DNA of 64,000 nucleotides from Patescibacteria group bacterium (GTDB lineage Bacteria; Patescibacteriota; Patescibacteriia; Patescibacteriales; UBA12465): contig JAQUWT010000004.1 of assembly GCA_028692765.1 (NCBI GenBank), forward strand, positions 405 through 64,404, written 5' to 3'. The notes under the pieces were generated by a model. The model was not told the origin of the DNA and did not search any database. It was given only the letters and a program-made list of their open reading frames with translations. This document shows positions 54,339 through 63,400 of the stretch, piece after piece. How positions within the stretch are numbered: position 1 is the stretch's first letter; each line of letters starts with the position of its first letter. A program made the position numbers and the translations under genes.

Positions 54339-56177
54339 ATGTGCGGCATCGCCTCTTATATCGGCCATAGAAACGCCTATCCTCTGATTTTAGAAATGCT
54401 CAAACGTTTGGAATATCGGGGCTACGACAGCGCCGGCATTGCCCTATGCTCCCAGGGAAAAATGAAAATATATAAAGAGCAAGGAGCCATCGCCGCTTTA
54501 GCCGAGTCCTTGTCCAAACAAAAACCTAAAGGCAACCTGGGAATAGGCCATACGCGCTGGGCGACCCACGGACCGGCAACAAAAATTAACGCCCATCCCC
54601 ATTATTCTCAAAATCGAAGAATCAGCATAGTCCATAACGGCACCGTGCTGAATTATTATAAATTAAAAGAAGGGTTGGAAAAAGCCGGCTATGAATTCTA
54701 TGGAGAAACCGACACGGAGATTCTAGCCAATTACCTTGATTATTGGCAACAAAAAAATAAGGGCAAGCTGCTAAGCGCCATTATAAATACCGCCCCTCTC
54801 TTAAAAGGGCATTCGGCCTTTGTTGCTCATGACAATCAAGAACCGGATAGTCTCTACGCCTGCAATCTGGGAGGCGAATTATTTGTGGGCCGAAGCCAAG
54901 AAAGTGAATACTTTATCTGCTCCGATAAAAACGCGCTGGCCGGCTATGCGGACGAATATTTAGCCTTGGAAAATGGACAAATAGCCGTTATCCAAAAAGA
55001 TATTAATTGCTGCCTCTTAAATTCAAGTTCCGCGGAAGAACTGCCTTGCTCCTGGGAAAAACTAAAAGCCAGCGCCGAAACTTTAGAGAAAGGAAGCTAT
55101 CCCCATTTTATGCTGAAAGAAATTTTTGAACAAGAAAATGTAGTGGCAAAAACGATTGATAACTTGATAAACGATAACGGGCAAGCTTTAAATTTAAGTT
55201 TAAATAATTGGCGTCAAAAAATAGCAAAAATGCGCAAACTGGTGATAATCGCCTGCGGCACTTCTTGGCACGCTGGCCTGGTAGCAAAACATTTCTTTGC
55301 GGAATTGGCAAAGCTGCCCGTCTATTGCGAATATGCTTCCGAATTTCTCCCCGAAAGCATCGATGCGGAAGATATAATTATTGCTATATCCCAATCAGGC
55401 AGCACCGCCGATACTTTACAGGCGGTACAAGCGGCTAAAGAAAGAGGCGCCAGCGTTATCAGTATTTGCAATGTTGACGGCTCGGCTCTCACTAGAACTG
55501 CCGATGTCTCCCTGCTAACGATAGCGGGGCCGGAAATTGGAGTTGCTTCCACCAAAGCTTTTACCACCCAGCTGGCCGTTCTCTATATCCTTTCCGTCAG
55601 ATTCGGCCGCTGGCGCAATCAACTAAAGGCGAACGAGGAGAAAAAAATATGGCAGGAGATAAAAATGATACCGGGAAAAATAAAAAAGATTCTTCTTTCT
55701 GGACCGGAGATAGAAAAGCTGGCAAAAAAATATAAAGATTATCCTAATTTTCTTTTTCTTGGCCGCGGCCAAAACTTTCCCATCGCTCTGGAAGGAGCGC
55801 TTAAACTGAAAGAGGTGTCATATATTCATGCTGAAGGTTTATCGGCGGGAGAAATGAAACACGGCTCCATCGCTTTGATTGATGAACAGATGCCTTCTTT
55901 CTTTATTGCCGTTAAAGACGGGCAATATGATAAAGTCATCAATAATCTGCTGGAAATTAGCGCCCGCCAAGGACATATTATTGCCGTAACTACCGATAAA
56001 GACCAGATAATTATCGATCGCGCGGATGATATTATTCCCATTCCGGAATGTCCGCCCCTCCTCTATCCTTTTCTCACTGTCATCCCCACCCAGCTTTTTG
56101 CTTATTATGTTGCCCGAGAGCGGGGCACAAATATTGATAAACCAAGAAATCTGGCTAAAGCGGTGACAGTTGAATAA
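54339..56177 (+). CDS. glmS: glutamine--fructose-6-phosphate aminotransferase
   Basis: 612 aa; MCGI Cys nucleophile, two SIS domains, C-terminal KAVTVE. Confidence 0.95.
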   Translation: MCGIASYIGHRNAYPLILEMLKRLEYRGYDSAGIALCSQGKMKIYKEQGAIAALAESLSKQKPKGNLGIGHTRWATHGPATKINAHPHYSQNRRISIVHNGTVLNYYKLKEGLEKAGYEFYGETDTEILANYLDYWQQKNKGKLLSAIINTAPLLKGHSAFVAHDNQEPDSLYACNLGGELFVGRSQESEYFICSDKNALAGYADEYLALENGQIAVIQKDINCCLLNSSSAEELPCSWEKLKASAETLEKGSYPHFMLKEIFEQENVVAKTIDNLINDNGQALNLSLNNWRQKIAKMRKLVIIACGTSWHAGLVAKHFFAELAKLPVYCEYASEFLPESIDAEDIIIAISQSGSTADTLQAVQAAKERGASVISICNVDGSALTRTADVSLLTIAGPEIGVASTKAFTTQLAVLYILSVRFGRWRNQLKANEEKKIWQEIKMIPGKIKKILLSGPEIEKLAKKYKDYPNFLFLGRGQNFPIALEGALKLKEVSYIHAEGLSAGEMKHGSIALIDEQMPSFFIAVKDGQYDKVINNLLEISARQGHIIAVTTDKDQIIIDRADDIIPIPECPPLLYPFLTVIPTQLFAYYVARERGTNIDKPRNLAKAVTVE

Positions 56178-56182
56178 AACAC

Positions 56183-56212
56183 AAAAGGACCTCCTACTGT
56201 AGGTCCTTTCTA
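56183..56212. terminator. bidirectional terminator
   Basis: AAAGGACCT-cctactgt-AGGTCCTTT. Confidence 0.6.
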
Positions 56213-56227
56213 ATAATCAATATATAC

Positions 56228-56473
56228 TTAGCGCCTCTTTTTACGGCGATACAATTCTTTTGATTTACGGGTAATAACCAGAATAGTTAAAACAGCAATA
56301 TAGGCGGACACGACCGAACCGGGGATTTCATAATGACTGCCATAGATAAAATCTAAAATTAAAAGACAAATCACCAGCCCCGACCACATAATCACAAAGA
56401 TTTCTCCCGGATGGCTTTCTTCATGGCGGTCATACCAGCGTTCAAATTCCTTGTTGCTCACATAAATCGCCAA
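56228..56473 (-). CDS. small membrane protein (81 aa from a TTG start); possibly the 3' part of an ORF interrupted by an in-frame TAA
   Basis: Two TM segments. The same frame continues upstream to ATG 56629 apart from one TAA at 56513-56515. Confidence 0.45.
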   Translation of the reverse strand: MAIYVSNKEFERWYDRHEESHPGEIFVIMWSGLVICLLILDFIYGSHYEIPGSVVSAYIAVLTILVITRKSKELYRRKKRR

Positions 56474-56639
56474 AATGCTGATATAAATAGTGGCGACCGC
56501 ATTTAATATTGCTTAATAAATATTGCCCTGCAAAAAATCAGCGATAATAAAGGCAAAAAACAAAAAAGACCAGACATTAATTAATTGGCGCCAAAAACGA
56601 AAATCATTTTTCAATAACAGTTTTTTCATATCAACCGGC

Positions 56640-57158
56640 CTAGAGACCAAGCAGCTTTAAAATCGGAGCGGCCAGAGGATCGGCGGCCGTACCATAGACC
56701 ATTACGCCGCCCAGCAATCCGGTCATAGCGATTAATAAAGCACCGACAAGCGATAACAACCACATAATCCAATTTTGGGAGAATACTTTTTTCAAAAATA
56801 AAAATACCGAATTCAAGGGCTTGAGAAAACTCAAATATTTATTATCCAGCCAAGCGGGTTGGAAAAAGATAAATAATTCGGCAATCAGGAGGACCACGTA
56901 AACATTTACGGAAGCCCCAGCAAAACCCTCATGCATCTCCAAAATGGAACGGTTAGGACGGGCAATATGACTAGCGATTTCTCCGGTAGCGTTAGAAAGC
57001 CAAGCGCCTAAAAGACCGGCCACTAAAATAACCACTCTTGGTAAATGCCAATCAACGGTTGGTAATTTTTTAGGCCAGGGGAAAAGACGCAAAAAAGAAT
57101 AAAGTAGAAATAGAGCAATCGGAAAATGGACAAAAATCGGGTGAAGATTATAATTCAT
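56640..57158 (-). CDS. DUF2231-like membrane protein
   Basis: 172 aa; N-terminus HPIFVHFPIALFLL typical of DUF2231, 4 TM. Confidence 0.65.
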   Translation of the reverse strand: MNYNLHPIFVHFPIALFLLYSFLRLFPWPKKLPTVDWHLPRVVILVAGLLGAWLSNATGEIASHIARPNRSILEMHEGFAGASVNVYVVLLIAELFIFFQPAWLDNKYLSFLKPLNSVFLFLKKVFSQNWIMWLLSLVGALLIAMTGLLGGVMVYGTAADPLAAPILKLLGL

Positions 57159-57215
57159 ATATTTTTATAATTATATGTATATAATAACATAAGCTACTCA
57201 ATAATTACCAGATAG

Positions 57216-57245
57216 CAAAAAGTCTCCTTACAGAGACTTTTTTCT
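57216..57245. terminator. bidirectional terminator
   Basis: aaaaAGTCTC-cttaca-GAGACTtttttt. Confidence 0.65.
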
Positions 57246-57263
57246 ATCCTGAATTATTTGATA

Positions 57264-57788
57264 TTAAGCGTGGCCGAGAGTCTTTTCGCCTTCATGCCAT
57301 TCCAGAGGGCATAAGTCTCCACTCTGTACAGCCTTTAAGACGCGTAAAGTTTCCGTAACCGACCGACCAACCGAACCGGCAGACACGACAATATATTTAA
57401 TTTTTCCTTCGGGGTCGATGATAAATAAACCGCGGTCAGCCGAACCGTCATCTTCGTTTAAGACACCATAAGCTTTCGCTAAGTTCTGGGTAGTGTCGGC
57501 TAAGACCGGATATTTTACCTCCGGAAGATCTTTCTCAAACCAATTCTTATGGGACCACTCTGAATCAGTGGAAGCGGCAAGAATGTCGCAACCTAAGGCC
57601 TTGAATTCTCCTTCCTGCTTGGCAAAGCCGCGCAATTCCGTCGGGCAGACGAAAGTAAAGTCGCGCGGGTAGAAGAATAATACCAGCCAGCGGCCGGCGT
57701 AATCAGACAAGCTGATTTCCTTGAATTCACCTTGGTAATAAGCTTTTAGCCCCTTAAAATCCGGAGCGGAATAATTGATGTTAAGCAT
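57264..57788 (-). CDS. typical 2-Cys peroxiredoxin (AhpC/TSA family)
   Basis: 174 aa; peroxidatic FYPRDFTFVCPTEL, resolving Cys in GDLCPLEW. Confidence 0.9.
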   Translation of the reverse strand: MLNINYSAPDFKGLKAYYQGEFKEISLSDYAGRWLVLFFYPRDFTFVCPTELRGFAKQEGEFKALGCDILAASTDSEWSHKNWFEKDLPEVKYPVLADTTQNLAKAYGVLNEDDGSADRGLFIIDPEGKIKYIVVSAGSVGRSVTETLRVLKAVQSGDLCPLEWHEGEKTLGHA

Positions 57789-57800
57789 AATATTTATATT

Positions 57801-58256
57801 TTACAAATAATAAATAACTTGTGCCTGTTTTACGCTCTTACCTAGAACTTTATTGGGCAGAGGCAAAGCGGCGGAAACCTCTAAATCGTAGACGCGGCCG
57901 GAAGCGGTATCAACCGCATGGCTGTGAGTATCTAACTTGGCGTCATAACGAGGACTTTCTCCCGGCACAGGAATTTCGGTAATTACACCTAAATCTACAA
58001 ACTTTTTTAAGTTCTTATAAACCGTAGCTAGAGAAATATTTGGGAAATCTTCCTTAACTTGCTTATAAAGTTCTTGCACTCCCGGATGGGAACAAGAGCC
58101 GGCTAATATCCGAAAAATCGCTAACTTTTGCGGGGTAAGTGGCAATTTATACTGCCGACTTACTTTTTTAAAATTTTCCAGACGAGCCTCAAGCTCCTGC
58201 TTGCTGACCATCATAAAATAATTGATAATATTTATTAATGGATAACTATTATCCAT
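57801..58256 (-). CDS. Fur-family (PerR-like) transcriptional regulator
   Basis: wHTH region LTPQKLAIFRIL...ISLATVYKNLKKF; internal ATGs at 58214/58211 are likelier starts; the C-terminal CxxC pairs are absent. Confidence 0.75.
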   Translation of the reverse strand: MDNSYPLINIINYFMMVSKQELEARLENFKKVSRQYKLPLTPQKLAIFRILAGSCSHPGVQELYKQVKEDFPNISLATVYKNLKKFVDLGVITEIPVPGESPRYDAKLDTHSHAVDTASGRVYDLEVSAALPLPNKVLGKSVKQAQVIYYL

Positions 58257-58342
58257 AATATAGGAAAAACAAAGAAAGTCAAGCGATAGTTTGGCTTGCC
58301 AAAAATATAGCCCTTACTTATAATAAAGCTGTCAGTTACAGG

Positions 58343-58414
58343 CCTCCATAGTTTAATGGATAGAACGCAAGCTTCCGGAGCTTGTAGTAGGGGTTCGATT
58401 CCCTTTGGGGGCGC
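58343..58414 (+). tRNA. tRNA-Arg: tRNA-Arg (anticodon CCG)
   Basis: acceptor GCCTCCA/TGGGGGC, anticodon stem CAAGC/GCTTG with loop TTCCGGA, T-loop TTCGATT. Confidence 0.85.
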
Positions 58415-58504
58415 TAAGATAAGACAAAGATAAGTCTTTACAAGCTAAAATCTTTTTGCTAAGATTTTGGCTGTACCGCTAAAAGCGGTATTATATTAAT
58501 AATT

Positions 58505-58578
58505 GGATCGGTAGCTCAGTTGGTTAGAGCGCTGCCCTGTCACGGCAGAGGTCGCGGGTTCGAGTCCCGTCCGTTCCG
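58505..58578 (+). tRNA. tRNA-Asp: tRNA-Asp (anticodon GUC)
   Basis: anticodon stem CTGCC/GGCAG with loop CTGTCAC, T-arm GCGGG-TTCGAGT-CCCGT; one T-T mismatch in the acceptor stem. Confidence 0.85.
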
Positions 58579-58583
58579 CAATT

Positions 58584-58609
58584 AAAAAACACCTTTACAG
58601 GTGTTTTTA
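58584..58609 (+). terminator. terminator after tRNA-Asp
   Basis: ACACCT-ttac-AGGTGT followed by TTTTT. Confidence 0.65.
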
Positions 58610-58679
58610 TTAATGGTTAATAAATAAAATTTGCCTTTTTCAAAAAAATCAGTAAAAATAAGTCTATAAATAATTAAAA

Positions 58680-58766
58680 GGAGAGGTGCCAGAGTGGTCT
58701 AATGGAACGGTCTTGAAAACCGTCGCTGGTGAAAGCCGGCCCAGGGTTCGAATCCCTGCCTCTCCG
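58680..58766 (+). tRNA. tRNA-Ser: tRNA-Ser (anticodon UGA), long variable arm
   Basis: acceptor GGAGAGG/CCTCTCC, anticodon loop CTTGAAA, long variable arm, T-loop TTCGAAT. Confidence 0.9.
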
Positions 58767-58794
58767 CAACATCGTGCTAGCACGAGGTACTAAG

Positions 58795-58824
58795 AAATAG
58801 AGCTTATTTAGGCTCTATTTTTTG
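58795..58824 (+). terminator. terminator after tRNA-Ser
   Basis: AATAGAGC-ttatttag-GCTCTATT followed by TTTTT. Confidence 0.65.
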
Positions 58825-58842
58825 TTATATCAAAAATTAACC

Positions 58843-58871
58843 TTTACTTTTTGGCCATTTTAAGGTATATT
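58843..58871 (+). promoter_or_regulatory. promoter of the structured leader
   Basis: TTTACT (58843-58848), 17 nt, TATATT (58866-58871); the predicted TSS coincides with the first base of helix P1 (58878). Confidence 0.4.
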
Positions 58872-58877
58872 TTAAAT

Positions 58878-59030
58878 GCGAAACCATAAATAATCCTGCG
58901 AAGTACGCGCTAACTATGTTGGCCGCCTTGGCTTATTTGCATACAGGAACGGGCACTCCGACCGCATGCAAATAGGCGTCTTCGCAGACACCATTTGTGG
59001 TTTCGCAACCAGGTCGGGTGTCCGTTTTTA
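58878..59030 (+). promoter_or_regulatory. candidate riboswitch-like / attenuator leader upstream of the zinc-ribbon genes (unassigned family)
   Basis: Nested helices: P1 58878-58891/58994-59007, P2 58895-58907/58976-58987, P3 58933-58943/58965-58975. A competing 14-bp helix pairs 58949-58963 with 59012-59025 and is followed by UUUUUAUUUUU. All wobble pairs are G-U on the plus strand. Confidence 0.45.
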
Positions 59031-59043
59031 TTTTTACTAATAT

Positions 59044-59271
59044 ATGAATTTACAAGAGATAAAACAATGTCCTTTTTGTGCCGAAGCTATTAAGGCTGAA
59101 GCTATTAAATGCAAACATTGTGGGGCGGATTTGAAACATAAACCCAATGATTTTAAGTTATTAACAAAAGAAAAATCAAAAGAAGGGTTATTTTTAAAGA
59201 CGATGAATTGCGGTTGCGCAGTTATCTTTTTTATAGCCTTTTTGGTCATTACCCTGGCCATTATAAACTAA
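59044..59271 (+). CDS. zinc-ribbon protein with C-terminal TM anchor (75 aa)
   Basis: CPFCAEAIKAEAIKCKHCG zinc ribbon, hydrophobic C-terminus. Confidence 0.6.
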   Translation: MNLQEIKQCPFCAEAIKAEAIKCKHCGADLKHKPNDFKLLTKEKSKEGLFLKTMNCGCAVIFFIAFLVITLAIIN

Positions 59272-59281
59272 TTAAAATTTT

Positions 59282-60454
59282 ATGAAAAAATGTCCTTTTT
59301 GCGCAGAAGAGGTTCTTGATGAAGCTATAGTTTGCAAACATTGCAAAAGTAGTTTATTAGAAAAAGAGAAATGCTCCTCAAAAAATGAGTTAAAAAATTT
59401 TAGAATAAATCCTAACGGGAAAAATAAAAAAATGTTAAAGATTATTAAAATTATCATTTTAATAATTATTGGTATTTGGTTATGGTATTTAGCATTACCG
59501 GCATTAGCGATATGGTATATTTGGAAAAAGGGCAAATTTAATAAAAAAAAGAAATACATTTTTAGCGGTATTGTTTTAGTTCTTTCAATTGTAATTTGGT
59601 CTAGCTTGATAAAGACTTCAGAAGAAAATAACATGGTTCCAAAATTAATTATTATTGAACCACAGGATAATCAAAGTATCCAGTCTAGCAGTATAACAAT
59701 TAAAGGTAGTGTTTTCCCGAAAAAATCTAAAATAAGGCTTGGGGATTCAGTAATTGAAAAAGATTCTGATGGTAATTTTTCTTACGAAGTTGCACTTGCG
59801 GACGAAAAAAATGTTATATCTGTTATTGCGGAAAATGGGAAGAAAAATGATCAAGCATCCTTAAATATAAATCGTATTTTTACCGAGGCGGAATTAGAAC
59901 AGAGGAAGATTGATGAAGCTAGAAAAAAAGAGCAAGAAGCTATGATTGAGAATGAGGCGGCGCAGAAAAAAATTGAATCAATTGAAAAGGAAATTGATTC
60001 AATTGGTAAATTCGATAATACAAAATATCGAGGCACTCCAGAAAACTTAGCCTTTGAAGTGGCTTTATTTAAAGTATGGGCTATCGAGATACAGGAGGCA
60101 AAAAATGATAGCAACCAAGAAGTAAAAAATATTGGCCAACAACTAGAAAACAAAGTTAAACAATTGCAGATCAAAGAATTTCCCTTAATGAGAAAAGAAT
60201 ACGGGAGTTTGATTGGAAAGAAATTATGGGAAAATGATATAGATGTAAATGTTAGTGGTCAATCATATAATACTATAGAATTTATAGGCGGTATATTTGC
60301 TGCAAATAAAAATATCAAAGAAATCCATGCGACTCTGATAGAAATGCTAGAAATGTTAAGATTTGATAGAGCAAATTATAAATGGTATGAGTATGATTCC
60401 AGTTATTCTTATTTTAAGATTGAGAGTCATGCTGATAGTGATATAGTCCAATAA
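59282..60454 (+). CDS. zinc-ribbon membrane protein with Ig-like and coiled-coil extracytoplasmic region (390 aa)
   Basis: CPFCAEEVLDEAIVCKHCKS (paralogous to the upstream gene), 2-3 TM, beta-rich segment IIIEPQDNQSIQSSSITIKGSV..., Glu/Lys coiled coil. Confidence 0.65.
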   Translation: MKKCPFCAEEVLDEAIVCKHCKSSLLEKEKCSSKNELKNFRINPNGKNKKMLKIIKIIILIIIGIWLWYLALPALAIWYIWKKGKFNKKKKYIFSGIVLVLSIVIWSSLIKTSEENNMVPKLIIIEPQDNQSIQSSSITIKGSVFPKKSKIRLGDSVIEKDSDGNFSYEVALADEKNVISVIAENGKKNDQASLNINRIFTEAELEQRKIDEARKKEQEAMIENEAAQKKIESIEKEIDSIGKFDNTKYRGTPENLAFEVALFKVWAIEIQEAKNDSNQEVKNIGQQLENKVKQLQIKEFPLMRKEYGSLIGKKLWENDIDVNVSGQSYNTIEFIGGIFAANKNIKEIHATLIEMLEMLRFDRANYKWYEYDSSYSYFKIESHADSDIVQ

Positions 60455-60520
60455 CGATATAAAAATAAAATTGAATATTATTGGACGCTATCCAAAAGTG
60501 AAGATATTTTAGATATATTA

Positions 60521-61804
60521 TTATTTTATTTTTATTACTTTATTACTTAATAAAATCTTCCCATTTAAGCACATCAGCAGCTCTCGCTTCTCCTGATCAT
60601 CGCCTTCCTTTAATAAAAATTTAATATAGTTTTTAACATCGACGTCACTCACGTCGATGTTTTGATTTCTGCCAGTAGCCATCATTTGGAATTTCTTGAA
60701 TCTTTTTATCTCTCCCTCAATCTTGTCTTGAACTGGTAACTTTTTAAAATCCAATTTATTAATTTGTTTTTGTAATTGCTTAATTAAATCTTCTTCGCTG
60801 ATATATCCGCACTTACAATTTTTATCCTTTGCCTTGGTGCAACCATAATAAATATGACGGTTATAACCGCCATTTTTTAATTTCTTAAACTTTTCGGTGG
60901 CTGATATTCCTGAACCGCACAATCCGCAGGTCATAATTTTAGTAAAAGCGAATTCAATGTTTTCTCGTCTGACCAGTTGCGAGTTTTTCATTTGATCCTG
61001 AACTAAATCAAATAATTCTTTAGTTATTAATGGTTCGTGCTTTCCTTGATACCAATTGCCACTGCCTCGCGGGTATTCAAATGGGCCATAATAGAAGGTG
61101 TTTTCTAATAAACGATAGATATTGCCAAGACTTAAATGTTTTTTGCCCAGTGCCGTTCGAAAGTTTAAATCAAATCTTAACCAATTATATAGTTTTCTGC
61201 CTGACCATTTTTCATAAGCGACTTTTTCAAACATTTGTCTAATCACGTGGCCTCTATCTGGATCGATTAAGCATTGTCCTTTGTGATCAACTCGCTTTTC
61301 TTTAAAATAACCAGTTGGCGGACAAGTCGGCCATAAACCCCTTTCACATCTAGCTCTTAAGCCTCTTTTTACATTAATACCCCTATTGTCATTTTCGAGT
61401 TTTGCTTGAGAACACAAAATCATAAGCAAAAACTTTTCATTTGGTGAGTTGCTAAATGTCTGACCAAAGGTGCGAATGCTCATTAATTTTTTCTCATCCA
61501 TTAAATCAACTAGTGATCCTAAGTCGCCAGCGTTTCTTGATAATCTATCAGGAGCCCAAGTTAAAATAGCGTTAAATTTTTCTTCTGCTATATCTTTTAG
61601 TAATTCCTTAAAAATGGGACGATTGCCAGAATCTTTAGCGGATTTTGATTCTCGTCTAATATCGACGATTTCTAGATTTTCTCGTTCGGCAATTTGAAGC
61701 ATCTCTTTAACCTGAGAATCAATGGACTGAACCTGTCTTTCATCTGATTCAGTGCTTTTTCTAGCATACAGGCAATACTTTAAGGGAGCGTCTAATGGAG
61801 GCAT
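60521..61804 (-). CDS. large serine recombinase (phage integrase type)
   Basis: 427 aa; resolvase catalytic N-terminus YARKSTESDERQVQSIDSQ, recombinase domain, Cys-rich zinc ribbon CGLCGS...GCTKAKDKNCKCG. Confidence 0.88.
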   Translation of the reverse strand: MPPLDAPLKYCLYARKSTESDERQVQSIDSQVKEMLQIAERENLEIVDIRRESKSAKDSGNRPIFKELLKDIAEEKFNAILTWAPDRLSRNAGDLGSLVDLMDEKKLMSIRTFGQTFSNSPNEKFLLMILCSQAKLENDNRGINVKRGLRARCERGLWPTCPPTGYFKEKRVDHKGQCLIDPDRGHVIRQMFEKVAYEKWSGRKLYNWLRFDLNFRTALGKKHLSLGNIYRLLENTFYYGPFEYPRGSGNWYQGKHEPLITKELFDLVQDQMKNSQLVRRENIEFAFTKIMTCGLCGSGISATEKFKKLKNGGYNRHIYYGCTKAKDKNCKCGYISEEDLIKQLQKQINKLDFKKLPVQDKIEGEIKRFKKFQMMATGRNQNIDVSDVDVKNYIKFLLKEGDDQEKRELLMCLNGKILLSNKVIKIK

Positions 61805-61927
61805 ATGGTTTAATTTTAATTATTAGTTAAATCTACGCCTCCATTAATGACACACTTTTAAGCTTTTGCTAAGCAGCTAGCTGTTGGCAACTTGTCGATA
61901 ACTTCCCCTTTAATATTAAAGGAAATA

Positions 61928-63400
61928 TTACCAATATAAGGTATAAACTCTAGGTGGATTAGGGCGTTTATCCAGTAAACTGTGGGCTAAATTAACAAAA
62001 GCATCAGCCAGATCATCATGTTTTTCTACTCCAAAATGAACTATTTGTTGAATTAACTCCTCAGCTCCTTTTCTTGGAAATAGTATTTGCCCGTTTTTAA
62101 TCATATTAGCTGTCAGAACAAGTCTAGTCCGCTTATCTTGGCTTCCTGGATGCGTAGTCATGACGTTACCAATCCCCTCAACTTTTAACTGTTGAGGAAG
62201 AGCTTTTTGATAAGCGACATCTTCTACAACTAATTTAACAAGGTCATAATCTTTTTTATAACTCTCATACATAACTTTGCAAGTATCGATTGTTTCAGGG
62301 AAGTTAAGTCGTCTGTTGATTATCTTGGGTAAGATATAAATGTTATAACCTGTTTTAGTTTCAAATAGTAACCCAGGAACCATAGCTGTATAATCAGCGA
62401 CAGAACTTTGAGAGATAGCAGGATCAATACCGATTCTAACTTCAAGATGTGATTTATATCCGCCGTACATATCCATCCTTTCTGGAATCTCATCATAATA
62501 ATTAATCCATTCAGGGTAAATAGCTTGGTCATCGCTAGGAACAATATTTAACAGATATTCTTGTTGCCAAGTAATCTCATTGCCAACTTTTTTCCGCTCT
62601 GCTTCAATATCTTTATCGGTTGGGTATTTACCAGGCCACAAGCAAATACCTTTTTTATTGATTAACGGGTAGAAAAGGAAATTGCCATCAATAATTTCTT
62701 TTTCCTTTTCTTCTTTTAATCTCATAAGCAAAGAATCTTCATGTAAGAGGTTTCCCACTATAACCAGTCTTGTGTCCTTATCGCCAGCAGGGATTACTTC
62801 GCCTTTAAGCCATTGATAGGTTTTATTGCGACCATCTCTAGTTTTGGTCGAGCTGATATCTTCTACATCATCACAGATAATCAAATCTGGTCGGCTTTCA
62901 TAATGTCTAATACCTCTAATACTTTGATCAACGGAGGCGACAGTAATTCTGGCATCGGTATTTGAGAAGACAATTGACTGTGCGCCCCATTCATCGCTGT
63001 TTTCTCGAAATGGACCAAGGTCTTTTTTAAGTAAGTCGTTATCTTCTAATTCTCGACGTAAATTCATCATATGCTGTTTAGCCTGGGCTTGGGTTTGACA
63101 GAAGATAACAACAAACTTTTTCTGTTGTTTGCCAAGGATTGCCCAAATCGGATAAGCGGCTGTGATAATGGTTGATTTGCCTGAGCCTCTAAAAGCGACT
63201 ACAAATAAATTCTCTTTATGACTTGATTCAATCAGGGAAATTATGTTTTTCTGAAAATCCGCTGTTTCATATTTAACGTAATGAGCGTAATAGAAGTGAA
63301 AGAAATAAGAAAAACTTTCTCTAGTTATCGCCGTTCTTATTTTCTTGTCCTGGGTCATTTGCTCCACCATCTCTTGTGGAATCATCTTGTTTACTATCAT
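61928..63400 (-). CDS. phage terminase large subunit
   Basis: 490 aa; Walker A-like AFRGSGKST, Walker B LIICDDVED, C-terminal RNase-H-like nuclease half; an internal ATG (for example 63358) may be the true start. Confidence 0.85.
   Translation of the reverse strand: MIVNKMIPQEMVEQMTQDKKIRTAITRESFSYFFHFYYAHYVKYETADFQKNIISLIESSHKENLFVVAFRGSGKSTIITAAYPIWAILGKQQKKFVVIFCQTQAQAKQHMMNLRRELEDNDLLKKDLGPFRENSDEWGAQSIVFSNTDARITVASVDQSIRGIRHYESRPDLIICDDVEDISSTKTRDGRNKTYQWLKGEVIPAGDKDTRLVIVGNLLHEDSLLMRLKEEKEKEIIDGNFLFYPLINKKGICLWPGKYPTDKDIEAERKKVGNEITWQQEYLLNIVPSDDQAIYPEWINYYDEIPERMDMYGGYKSHLEVRIGIDPAISQSSVADYTAMVPGLLFETKTGYNIYILPKIINRRLNFPETIDTCKVMYESYKKDYDLVKLVVEDVAYQKALPQQLKVEGIGNVMTTHPGSQDKRTRLVLTANMIKNGQILFPRKGAEELIQQIVHFGVEKHDDLADAFVNLAHSLLDKRPNPPRVYTLYW

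Noticed and set aside
63321-63400. 80-nt overlap between the small-terminase-like and large-terminase ORFs, as a possible programmed frameshift
   Set aside because: In-frame ATGs at 63385, 63370 and 63358 shorten the overlap. No slippery heptamer was noticed, so start-site over-extension is the simpler explanation.
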